Shown one piece after another: positions 7,474-15,499 of a stretch of DNA of 64,000 nucleotides. This DNA comes from a virus (taxonomy: Duplodnaviria; Heunggongvirae; Uroviricota; Caudoviricetes). Each line of letters begins with the position of its first letter. The stretch's first letter is position 1. The notes below the pieces were generated by a model. That model was not told where the DNA came from, did not search any database, and saw only the letters and a program-made list of their open reading frames with translations. The stretch lies in IMG/VR virus record IMGVR_UViG_3300007351_000001; one strand, given 5' to 3'. Made by a program: the position numbers and the translations under genes.

Positions 7474-9024
7474 ATGCCCATGGACGCTTCGCCCTACCAA
7501 GCTCAAGGACCGGGTGACCCGAGCGCAGGCGCGGGGCCTCCGGCGTCGCAGAATCCGCCGCCGCCAGGCCCACCACAGGTCCCTGGGGCGCCGGATCCGC
7601 GCATGCAGCCGTTTGGGCAGCAGGCGTCGCCCGGCAACTTCCTGCAGCAGATCCGACAGTTCTCGGCGGACTGTGCCCAGGTCGAAGAGATCGTCACCGA
7701 GCTGCAGAAGCTCCTGCTGCAGATCAAGATGTCGATGCCGCCCGATCGCGTCGAGGCCACGACCCAGGCGATGGGGCAGCTGCTCGCGGCGCAGTCTGGG
7801 CTCACCGGTGCTCGCATGGTGCTGGAGATGGCCACGATGCCGCAGCAGCAAGCCGGTGCCGGCGGTGGCGGTGTGCGAGAGGACAAGACGCCCGAGCCGA
7901 CGACGTTCACCGCGCTTGTCGAACAGGCGGGCAAAGCAAAGTTCGGCCTGCCTCATGCGCCGCGGCGCTACACCTGCCAGGACTGCGGCCAAGAGCAGAA
8001 GATCTCGACCAACCACACCGACGACGTATCGGACTACTGCCGCGGCTGTTCGTGGAAGCCGTCGTTCGGCAAGACGGGCCACAACATCCCCGCGCTCGGT
8101 GGGCATACCTACCGCCGCTTCTCCTACGTCGGTGAACTGAAGGAATCCGCCGATGACATCGAGCGCACGCTCGGGGTTGGTCGCTACGCTCGGCCGCAGA
8201 CCGCCGCTGATCGCAAGCTCATCCGCGACTTCCTGGCGCCGAACACGACGGCAACGGCAGATGCATGGGCACGCCGGCCGGCCGGTCCGGTGACCACGCA
8301 CGCCCGCTCGCCGTTCCAGCTGTCGATCCAGAAGACCGCCCTCGGGAAGAAAGGCGGCGTGCACGAAGCGCTCGCGACGACCTCGCACCACATGAGCGGG
8401 GGCGGTGGCACCGCGACGCAGACGCTCACCATCCCTGAGCGCGAGTACCAGATCCGCGAGTTCACTGACGGGCCGGTCACCCGTTACGAGCTGTCGCGCA
8501 TCGGCAATGACCTACGGGCGCAGGTGCCGATCTACGTGTTCCATGACCAGAAGACCGGCGCGTGGAAGTCGACGCTTTTCCAGGAAGACGACGGAGGCGG
8601 CGATCGCCACGCCGAGCTGGTGAAGCGCTGGCTCTTCCAGGGCCGGCCGGCACGCATCACCGACGCCATGGAACCGGTTGGCGGCTCGCCGCCAGCGTGG
8701 CCGTTCATGGACAACGACGGCTACGAGCGGCCAGGCTTCCACTCGACCCAGCGGCCGGTGGGAATCCCCGATCCAGGTCCGGGCCAGGGGCACTATGCCG
8801 AGTCGTCGTTCGGCGCGCTTGTTGACGAGACCAAGCGGTTCTCGAAGAGCGAGGTGGTGGCGTCGCTGCGCCAGCACGCACAGGACATCCGCGACGGCAA
8901 GATCAAGACGCGCTCGCCGAACGATGAGCCGCACACCATCATTGGCCCCGACGGCAAGCCGCACATCCCTCGTGGCCGTGTCGGGGCTGCCTCGCGCGTG
9001 CGCGTGAAGAAAGGCCGCGTATGA
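7474..9024 (+). CDS. Hypothetical Pro/Gln-rich protein with internal CxxC zinc ribbon
   Basis: 516 aa; P/Q-rich N-terminus; YTCQDCG...YCRGC. Confidence 0.75.
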   Translation: MPMDASPYQAQGPGDPSAGAGPPASQNPPPPGPPQVPGAPDPRMQPFGQQASPGNFLQQIRQFSADCAQVEEIVTELQKLLLQIKMSMPPDRVEATTQAMGQLLAAQSGLTGARMVLEMATMPQQQAGAGGGGVREDKTPEPTTFTALVEQAGKAKFGLPHAPRRYTCQDCGQEQKISTNHTDDVSDYCRGCSWKPSFGKTGHNIPALGGHTYRRFSYVGELKESADDIERTLGVGRYARPQTAADRKLIRDFLAPNTTATADAWARRPAGPVTTHARSPFQLSIQKTALGKKGGVHEALATTSHHMSGGGGTATQTLTIPEREYQIREFTDGPVTRYELSRIGNDLRAQVPIYVFHDQKTGAWKSTLFQEDDGGGDRHAELVKRWLFQGRPARITDAMEPVGGSPPAWPFMDNDGYERPGFHSTQRPVGIPDPGPGQGHYAESSFGALVDETKRFSKSEVVASLRQHAQDIRDGKIKTRSPNDEPHTIIGPDGKPHIPRGRVGAASRVRVKKGRV

Positions 9025-9389
9025 GCTTCCAACGGCTCGTCGACCAAGTCATCGAGTCTGACAAGGACCCGTCGCACGCCAAGGCGCCGTCGCTCGGGCA
9101 GATGAGCAGTCAGTTCTCCTCGCGCTTGCGGATGCCAGGGAAGATGCCACGGCTCGGCAGCCTCCGGCCTGGTACGGGCCGCGCGCTCCCGCTCGCCAAC
9201 CTCCGACCACAGTTGCACCAGGGCCAGCACGCGATCCACGGCCCTGGGGACCTCAAGCCGAAGTTCCGTTTCCACTCGCAAGCGATCGCCGGGCGCGTCG
9301 CGCAACTCCTCTCGATGCGCTCGAAACAGAAGCACGAAGTCCGGTTGAGTCCAGTGGCGCAGCGCCATCCTTTCGCGCCAACGGGCTAA
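9021..9389 (+). CDS. Hypothetical basic protein
   Basis: ATGA overlap; MSFQRLVDQVIE start typical of phage virion-associated proteins. Confidence 0.6.
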   Translation: MSFQRLVDQVIESDKDPSHAKAPSLGQMSSQFSSRLRMPGKMPRLGSLRPGTGRALPLANLRPQLHQGQHAIHGPGDLKPKFRFHSQAIAGRVAQLLSMRSKQKHEVRLSPVAQRHPFAPTG

Positions 9390-9526
9390 CCACCAGCCGA
9401 CGGCCTGCTCTGCCCAGCTCGCCGACCCGGCGCGTCCTGCGGGAGCGCCCTCCCCCGGCGCTCCCGTAGTCGACCTGTTCAGCACGGGAGGCTTACCCGT
9501 GCGGCAGCACCAACGGAGACAAGCAC

Positions 9527-10420
9527 ATGGCGCTGCTGGACATCTTCCGTATCTACGATCGGCACGTGGTCGACTTCGTTCGACACACCGTGAATCCGAT
9601 CATCACGCAGTTGGACGTCGATGTCAGTGACGACGTCTCCTTCGCTTCGCCCGAGCGTCCCTACGCGGCTCGCGGCAACAATCCCCAATCTCGTGAACAA
9701 GCAGAACGCACCAAGCACGTCTCCGGCCTGATCGGAGACTTCCAATACGACGACCTGGTCGGCCAGACCGAGACGACGATCGACGAGCAGCGCGGCGTGC
9801 AGACCTTTGCCACGCCACGAGTGTCAGTCACGCGGCTCACCTGGCAGTTCTCCTCCGCACGCAACAACACCGTGCCGGTCCGCCGGCTCCGGGTGTGGGA
9901 TGCGGACGGCAAGCAGAACTTCTACCTGCAGACCGCCAAGGGCATCCGTCCGTGGGATCTGCACTACCAGCTCGACTTCCAGACGCGCTTTCGCGAGGAC
10001 ATGAACCAGCTCCTGCGCTGGTACCTGTACCACCCGGACCAGACCTACTCGATCCAGGTGGACTTCCGGTACCCGTGGGGCTTCAAGTCCATCCCGCTGC
10101 AGTTCGATCAGATCGTCGACAACTCCGACATCGAGACCGGCGAGAAGGAACGCGCGATCCGCTACACCATCCCCATGACCGTTGAGGGGTGGATGCTCGA
10201 AGCGTACGAGACCGAGCGGGACATTCCGTTCGACTCGGTCGCGCCGAACTTCTGGCTCACGCAGAAGACCCGCATCGCCAAGACGGTCTGCATTCAGCAC
10301 GCGCTGGCGTCGTTCGACGCCGCCGGCAACGTGCGCTCCTCCACCATCATCGAGCTGCCCGAGACGTGTTTCTCCGGAAGCACCATCGCGCTCCAAGGCA
10401 GTGGGAGCACGACGATCTAA
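9527..10420 (+). CDS. Tail terminator/sheath stabiliser, T4 gp15-like
   Basis: PRVSVTRL.WQF...R; PWDLHYQLDFQTRFREDMNQLL; IRYTIPMTVEGW matches the gp15 pattern (Y.L.I.TR..DD..QI.EQ; R.I.W...F.V.GW). Confidence 0.7.
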   Translation: MALLDIFRIYDRHVVDFVRHTVNPIITQLDVDVSDDVSFASPERPYAARGNNPQSREQAERTKHVSGLIGDFQYDDLVGQTETTIDEQRGVQTFATPRVSVTRLTWQFSSARNNTVPVRRLRVWDADGKQNFYLQTAKGIRPWDLHYQLDFQTRFREDMNQLLRWYLYHPDQTYSIQVDFRYPWGFKSIPLQFDQIVDNSDIETGEKERAIRYTIPMTVEGWMLEAYETERDIPFDSVAPNFWLTQKTRIAKTVCIQHALASFDAAGNVRSSTIIELPETCFSGSTIALQGSGSTTI

Positions 10421-10920
10421 TGCGCCCCTCCGATCTCACCAAACAGGTCCACCGTGCGCTCAAGGAAGAGTGGGACCGGTTGAAGGAGCAAGAAGGGAAG
10501 AAGCTCGCGCGCGAGTTCAAGAATGACCTGCGCACGCGCATCAAGCTCCAGGCCTTCACCAGCTGGGTGCCTCTCTCACCCGAATACAAGAAGCGCAAGG
10601 AGAAGCTCGGGCTCGACCCGCGCACGCTGATGGCACGGGGCGACTACGTCAACTCGATCCGGATCCGCCGCACAACCGAGAACACCTACGTCGTCGACGT
10701 GCCGCAGACCGTCAAGCACTACTCCGGTCTCACCTACAAGGAGCTGGCGGCGGTGCACGAGTACGGCAGCAAGAAGGCGCACATCCCGGCTCGGCCGCAT
10801 TGGCGTCCCACCATCCGTCGCTACCAGGCTCGCAAGCGCGAGCTGGAGAAGGCGATGCAGGAGAAGCTCGTGCAGCGGGTCGAGAAGCGCGTGAAGGCCT
10901 CGCTCAGCGGTGGGAGCTAG
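10420..10920 (+). CDS. Virion morphogenesis/neck (tail completion) protein
   Basis: TAATG overlap; LAAVHEYGSKKAHIPARPHWRP motif (HEYG..IPARP). Confidence 0.7.
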   Translation: MRPSDLTKQVHRALKEEWDRLKEQEGKKLAREFKNDLRTRIKLQAFTSWVPLSPEYKKRKEKLGLDPRTLMARGDYVNSIRIRRTTENTYVVDVPQTVKHYSGLTYKELAAVHEYGSKKAHIPARPHWRPTIRRYQARKRELEKAMQEKLVQRVEKRVKASLSGGS

Positions 10921-11495
10921 AGCGCGACCAGGAGCCCGGTAGAGACGATCAGGATCAACACGAAGAGCATCACCCAACGGGTTGCAATGATCCGAATGCT
11001 GATGTCCTGGCCGAAAAACTCCGTGCTCTTCTTGCGACGACGCTGCCCGTCGACCGGCTCTAAGACGATGCTCTTGATCAGGCACATGCGCCGGAAGAAG
11101 TAGACCCACATCGGCACGAAGGTCGCCAAGAACAGGACGCCAATCACGACGTGCAAGATGTCCTCGCCCGCCACCTTCCAGACGATCAGGGCGAGCGTGA
11201 CCTTGCCGGTTGTCGAGGCTAAGAACTGGTCCGCGGCCACGCCCAACTCTTTCGCCACCGTGGTGAAAGCGAGAGCGATGTCCTTGCCGAGCTGTGCCCA
11301 GTCGCTCACGCGTTCAGGGGTCAGTGCGCCGAGCGCGTTGGGGTCTACAGTCGGGGTGGAACGCATCCGCTCAGCCTGCTGGGCCAGGTCCAGCTTCTGC
11401 ATCTCTGACAGCCCGCTCGTGTCAACGGTGACAGCAGCGAATGCTCCACTGCTGAACACCAGGGCTCCTACGACGATCGCCACCGTCATCCTCAT
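10917..11495 (-). CDS. Exported/membrane hypothetical protein
   Basis: Signal peptide MRMTVAIVVGALVFSSGAFA; further hydrophobic segments. Confidence 0.75.
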   Translation of the reverse strand: MRMTVAIVVGALVFSSGAFAAVTVDTSGLSEMQKLDLAQQAERMRSTPTVDPNALGALTPERVSDWAQLGKDIALAFTTVAKELGVAADQFLASTTGKVTLALIVWKVAGEDILHVVIGVLFLATFVPMWVYFFRRMCLIKSIVLEPVDGQRRRKKSTEFFGQDISIRIIATRWVMLFVLILIVSTGLLVAL

Positions 11496-12052
11496 CGCTG
11501 TCCTCCATCCTCTTCTCGGCGAAACGCTTCGATGTCGCTCTTCGTCACAAGCGCGGTGCAGGGGACGTCCAGCTCGTCCTCGATCCGGCGTCGCCCACCT
11601 TCCTCGCGGTCAACGCACGCGAGCACCATCAAGACCTTCAGTTGCGCGGCTTTGCATGCTGCCGCCGCTCGTAGCACGCTTCCACCGGTGGTGATCACGT
11701 CCTCAACGAGGATCACGCGGTCGTTCGGTCGTGTCGGGCCGGTGATGACGCTGGTGTCGAGCCCGTGGTCCTTGGGCTCGCGGCGTACGCTGAACCAGTA
11801 GAGGTCCGGGCACAGTGCGAGCACCGCAACTGCCATCGGGTCCGCACCGAGCGCCGGCCCGCCAACGCCATGGGCAGAGCCAGGGAGTGGACCAATCAGG
11901 TCGACCAGCGCCGGCATGATGTCCCCGCGGCGCAGCGCCTTGCTGGCGTCAATCAAGACGGGGCTACGTCCACCCGAGGACAGCTTGAAGTCGCCCGTGC
12001 GGTAGGAGAACGCGGCGAGTGCTGCCAGGAGTCGTCTTCGGCTCGGATTCAT
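11492..12052 (-). CDS. pyrE: Orotate phosphoribosyltransferase
   Basis: GAGGAG SD before ATG 12052; FKLSSG.RS...ID, GGPALGA, VRREPKDHG and PRPP-binding VILVEDVITTGGS. Confidence 0.9.
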   Translation of the reverse strand: MNPSRRRLLAALAAFSYRTGDFKLSSGGRSPVLIDASKALRRGDIMPALVDLIGPLPGSAHGVGGPALGADPMAVAVLALCPDLYWFSVRREPKDHGLDTSVITGPTRPNDRVILVEDVITTGGSVLRAAAACKAAQLKVLMVLACVDREEGGRRRIEDELDVPCTALVTKSDIEAFRREEDGGQR

Positions 12053-12064
12053 GGCTCCTCGAAA

Positions 12065-12137
12065 TGTCCCCGACGGGAATCGAACCCGTGTTGCCGACGT
12101 GAAAGGCCGGTGTCCTAGACCGCTAGACGACGGGGAC
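12065..12137 (-). tRNA. tRNA-Glu(TTC)
   Basis: GTCCCCG/CGGGGAC acceptor; CCGGC-CTTTCAC-GTCGG arm; TTCGATT; no encoded CCA. Confidence 0.95.
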
Positions 12138-12142
12138 TGAAG

Positions 12143-12224
12143 TGCGAAGAGGGGGAGTCGAACCCCCACGGATTGCTCCACTAGGCCCTCGACCTAGCGC
12201 GTCTGCCAGTTCCGCCATCCTCGC
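12143..12224 (-). tRNA. tRNA-Leu(GAG)
   Basis: GCGAGGA/TCTTCGC acceptor; CTAGG-TCGAGGG-CCTAG arm (atypical C33); long variable arm. Confidence 0.85.
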
Positions 12225-12230
12225 CAATGC

Positions 12231-12260
12231 TGTCAGAAAACTGTGCTGGTTTTTCTGACA
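12231..12260. other. AT-rich perfect 10-bp inverted repeat between tRNA genes
   Basis: TGTCAGAAAA-N10-TTTTCTGACA. Confidence 0.7.
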
Positions 12261-12265
12261 AGGAG

Positions 12266-12350
12266 TGCGCGGAGAGGGACTTGAACCCCCACGCCGTGTG
12301 GCCGGCAACAGGTTTTGAGCCTGCCGTGTCTGCGATTCCACCATCCGCGC
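12266..12350 (-). tRNA. tRNA-Leu(CAA)
   Basis: GCGCGGA/TCCGCGC acceptor; GCAGG-CTCAAAA-CCTGT arm; long variable arm; TTCAAGT. Confidence 0.92.
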
Positions 12351-12890
12351 TTACTGTCCATTCCACCCGGCCGCAGTGATCTCGCCGCGGTGTTCGTGCA
12401 ACATCTCGTTGAGCGGGAGGATCGGCTCTTCTCCCACCAGCTGCCGTTTCATCAGTCGATCGTACAACAGCACGTTCACCGCTGCACTCAAGTTCAAGCA
12501 GTGGAAGCTCGGGATGTGGACGAAGCGGTGACAGAGTGTGCGGTACGCTGGCGGCACGGCGCCGTCTTCCGGACCAAACACGTAGACTGGGCGCGCCGGA
12601 TGCTCGAAAGTCGTCAGCGGCTCTGAGTGCTCAAAGAGATCGACGCACACCGGCGTGCAGTCCACCGGCAAGGCGTCGAACGGCCGCTCACTACGCTGCC
12701 AGTTCACGGCTGCGTACCCTTTCATGCGTTCCTCACGTGGCAGGCGTTCGTACTCATCGCCGGTCACACGAGTGCCGGTCCAGAAGAGGGTCGATACGCC
12801 GAAGCACGACAGCGCGCGGATCGCTGCGCCAACGTTGTGCGAGTACTTCGGGTCGACCAGGACGACCGCAGGAACCTCCAACCGTTTCAT
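12351..12890 (-). CDS. SpoU/TrmH-family (SPOUT) RNA 2'-O-methyltransferase; alternative start 12917
   Basis: LVDPKYSHNVGAAIR...FG; VYVFGPEDG; HCLNLSAAVNVLLYD are the three SPOUT motifs. Confidence 0.85.
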   Translation of the reverse strand: MKRLEVPAVVLVDPKYSHNVGAAIRALSCFGVSTLFWTGTRVTGDEYERLPREERMKGYAAVNWQRSERPFDALPVDCTPVCVDLFEHSEPLTTFEHPARPVYVFGPEDGAVPPAYRTLCHRFVHIPSFHCLNLSAAVNVLLYDRLMKRQLVGEEPILPLNEMLHEHRGEITAAGWNGQ

Positions 12891-13071
12891 CGTCACACCA
12901 GCGGACATCGTTCGCATAGCTCTGTGTTGGTTGTCAACGCTGAGCTTCCGCCCGTCCCCTAACCTTCGCGCTCTCTCATTCGACTCCATGTGACCGAACC
13001 ATCCTTGGGCGGATGGGTCGGCCTGCCCTGATGGCGTTGGGAGAGGCGACCACCACAGGAGGGGTGCGCCT

Positions 13072-14826
13072 ATGGCCACCGCATTCGTCTCTCCCGGTGT
13101 GTTTGTCCGGGAGATCGACCAATCCCTGTACGTCCGGCAGCTGTCGGATACGTCTTTGGGAGTGGTCGGTACCGCCAGCTGGGGTCCGGTCAACGAACCG
13201 CAGCTGATCACCAGTGTCAACCAGCTGCTCAACACCTTCGGTCCACCACTCGGACTCGACACGAGCAACGCCTACGGCACCGCCGTCCACCCGATGATCA
13301 ACACGGTCATGCGCTACCTGCGCAAGGGTCGTCGCGCGTGGGTCGTACGTGTCGAGGGGTCGGGCAGCAACTCGGCCGTGGAAGCCAACGTCGATCTCTA
13401 CGCGATCGCCGGATCGGGCTCGGGGCCGTCGATTGCAGTGAACGCCAAGCACGGCGGCACCTACGGCAACCAGATCCGCCTGCGGATCTCGAACGGCACG
13501 ATCACTGGCCGCAAGAAGCTGACCGTCTACCTCGGCTCGCCGAACGACGCCGCGGTCCTGCAACAGGTCGAGACGTTCGACAACCTGAAGAAGACCAACG
13601 AGGCGGCCACCGCGACGACGTCGACCGACGTCGACTCATGGCTGACCAAGATCAACGGCGTCTCGGCGTACATCGAGGTCGCGCAGGGTGGTGACATCAC
13701 CAACCAGCCCGACAACGTGAACCAGTCCGAGCCGGCGTCGGCGGGTCTCCAAGACGCGTCCGATCTCACCAACTCGGCCGATCAGCTCGACACCAACGAC
13801 ACGTTCTACAGCTTCGCGAACGGCGCCGACGGTGTGGGGCAGGTCTCGGACTCCGACTTCATCGGCACGCCGACGGGCGGGCCGAACGGGCAACCGTCTG
13901 GTCTGCACTGCTTCGACAACGCGGAAGCGTTCGTCGTCAACGTGCTGGCCGTGCCGGGCGCCCAGAAGCACTTCAACTCGACCGAGCACATCCGGCCGGG
14001 GCACACGTCGGCCATCGTCAACGCCCTCCAGTCCGTCTGCCTGATCCGGCAGGACTCGATGGCACTGGTCGACCCACCGATCGCGCTCACGCCGACGCAG
14101 GTCGCGCACTGGCACAACGGCGACTTCAACCTCGACGGCACCGACGAGTCGGCGGCGTTCAACTCGAACCTCCTGGCGCTCCACTACCCGTGGGTCCAGG
14201 TGTTCGACGAGTTCACCGGCACCAACGTCTACCTCCCGCCATCGGCGTTCGTCGCCGAGGCGATCGCCAACACGGACTTCGTCTCGGATCCGTGGTTCGC
14301 ACCGGCTGGTCTCAACCGTGCCCGGATCGAGGCGGCGATCAAGGCCGAGCGCACGCTCACCCAGGGCGAGCGCGACTTCCTCTACTCGGGCGGCAACGTC
14401 ATCAACCCGATCGCCACGTTCCAGGGCACCGGGCTGGTGATCTGGGGACAGCGCACGATGCAGCGGCAAGCCACCGCGCTCGACCGCATCAACGTGCGCC
14501 GCATGCTGCTCATCCTCCGCAAGCTGATCGCCACGGCGTGTCAGTCGCTCGTCTTCGAGCCGAACGACGCGACGCTCTGGCGGCGTTTCCGTGGCCTCGT
14601 CTCGCCGTTCTTGGAGGCGGTGCAGAACCGCCGCGGCATCACGCAGTTCCGTGTGATCTGCGACGAGACCACCAACACCCCTGACGTCATCGAGCAGAAC
14701 CAGATGATCGGGAAGATCTTCATTCAGCCGACCAAGACGGCTGAGATCCTGGTCATCGACTTCGTGCTGACGCCACAGGGGGCGCAGTTCCAAGAGATCG
14801 TCCAGTCGCTCGGCGGCTCGGTCTGA
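13072..14826 (+). CDS. Contractile tail sheath protein
   Basis: MATAFVSPGVFVREID; A..YPWV; PWFAPAGLNR; NPI..F...G..IWGQRT; LDRINVRR; FEPND..LW. Confidence 0.97.
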   Translation: MATAFVSPGVFVREIDQSLYVRQLSDTSLGVVGTASWGPVNEPQLITSVNQLLNTFGPPLGLDTSNAYGTAVHPMINTVMRYLRKGRRAWVVRVEGSGSNSAVEANVDLYAIAGSGSGPSIAVNAKHGGTYGNQIRLRISNGTITGRKKLTVYLGSPNDAAVLQQVETFDNLKKTNEAATATTSTDVDSWLTKINGVSAYIEVAQGGDITNQPDNVNQSEPASAGLQDASDLTNSADQLDTNDTFYSFANGADGVGQVSDSDFIGTPTGGPNGQPSGLHCFDNAEAFVVNVLAVPGAQKHFNSTEHIRPGHTSAIVNALQSVCLIRQDSMALVDPPIALTPTQVAHWHNGDFNLDGTDESAAFNSNLLALHYPWVQVFDEFTGTNVYLPPSAFVAEAIANTDFVSDPWFAPAGLNRARIEAAIKAERTLTQGERDFLYSGGNVINPIATFQGTGLVIWGQRTMQRQATALDRINVRRMLLILRKLIATACQSLVFEPNDATLWRRFRGLVSPFLEAVQNRRGITQFRVICDETTNTPDVIEQNQMIGKIFIQPTKTAEILVIDFVLTPQGAQFQEIVQSLGGSV

Positions 14827-14834
14827 TCTCAGTC

Positions 14835-14870
14835 GGCCCCGGCGTCGGTTACCGCAACGACGCCGGGGCC
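14835..14870. terminator. 13-bp GC hairpin between convergent genes (bidirectional terminator candidate)
   Basis: GGCCCCGGCGTCG-N10-CGACGCCGGGGCC followed by TCTCCCTT. Confidence 0.7.
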
Positions 14871-14882
14871 TCTCCCTTCACG

Positions 14883-15407
14883 TCACGGTGTACAGAAGCC
14901 GAAGTCCTCGCTGCACTTCGCCTTCACGCGCCCACGGACCTGCACCTGACGTCCCAACCCGTCGCGGTAGGAGTAGAAGAAGTCACCGTCGCTGCTGGTG
15001 AAGCGAAGCGACGGCCCGGACCCACTGAATCGCCACTCTTCGGCCATGCCGCCGACGAGCACGTTCTGGGTGGAGAGATCGACGGTGTCACTGCCCAGGA
15101 CACCGGTGAACAGGAAGCGCCGCGTGAGTCCGGCTTCCTGCTCGCGGCCACGGAACGTGACCGTGTCCGCATCAGCATTGAGCGGGCAGTTCACGTCGAA
15201 GTCGATGATGCGCAAGGACTCGGGGTCGCCGCCGGCCGGCGGAACCCACTCGATCAGGTTCAGTCCGCCGTGGCACGAGATGGTCTCGCGGTTGCCGTCG
15301 ATCACCCGAGTGCCCTTGATCTTCGCCGTACCGATGAACTGCGCGCTGGCCGTGCTAGCCGCGGTCAGAACGAGCGCGGCGAGTACGAGTTTCTGCAGTC
15401 GATACAT
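14883..15407 (-). CDS. Secreted hypothetical protein
   Basis: Signal peptide MYRLQKLVLAALVLTAASTASA|Q; four Cys. Confidence 0.75.
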   Translation of the reverse strand: MYRLQKLVLAALVLTAASTASAQFIGTAKIKGTRVIDGNRETISCHGGLNLIEWVPPAGGDPESLRIIDFDVNCPLNADADTVTFRGREQEAGLTRRFLFTGVLGSDTVDLSTQNVLVGGMAEEWRFSGSGPSLRFTSSDGDFFYSYRDGLGRQVQVRGRVKAKCSEDFGFCTP

Positions 15408-15499
15408 TGTGGTTTCCCCCCACAAAGCTGAGGTGCATTGGCATTCGCACACGATAGCCCCCACGTGTGCGAGGGGGACCACGACAGTTCATCAGGGTG

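Noticed and set aside
12053-12181. N-terminal extension of pyrE shown in the ORF track
   Set aside because: It overlaps tRNA-Glu and tRNA-Leu; a good SD precedes ATG 12052.
12918-13268. N-terminal extension of the SpoU ORF
   Set aside because: It is antisense to the sheath start and divergent intergenic region; homology starts near 12890.
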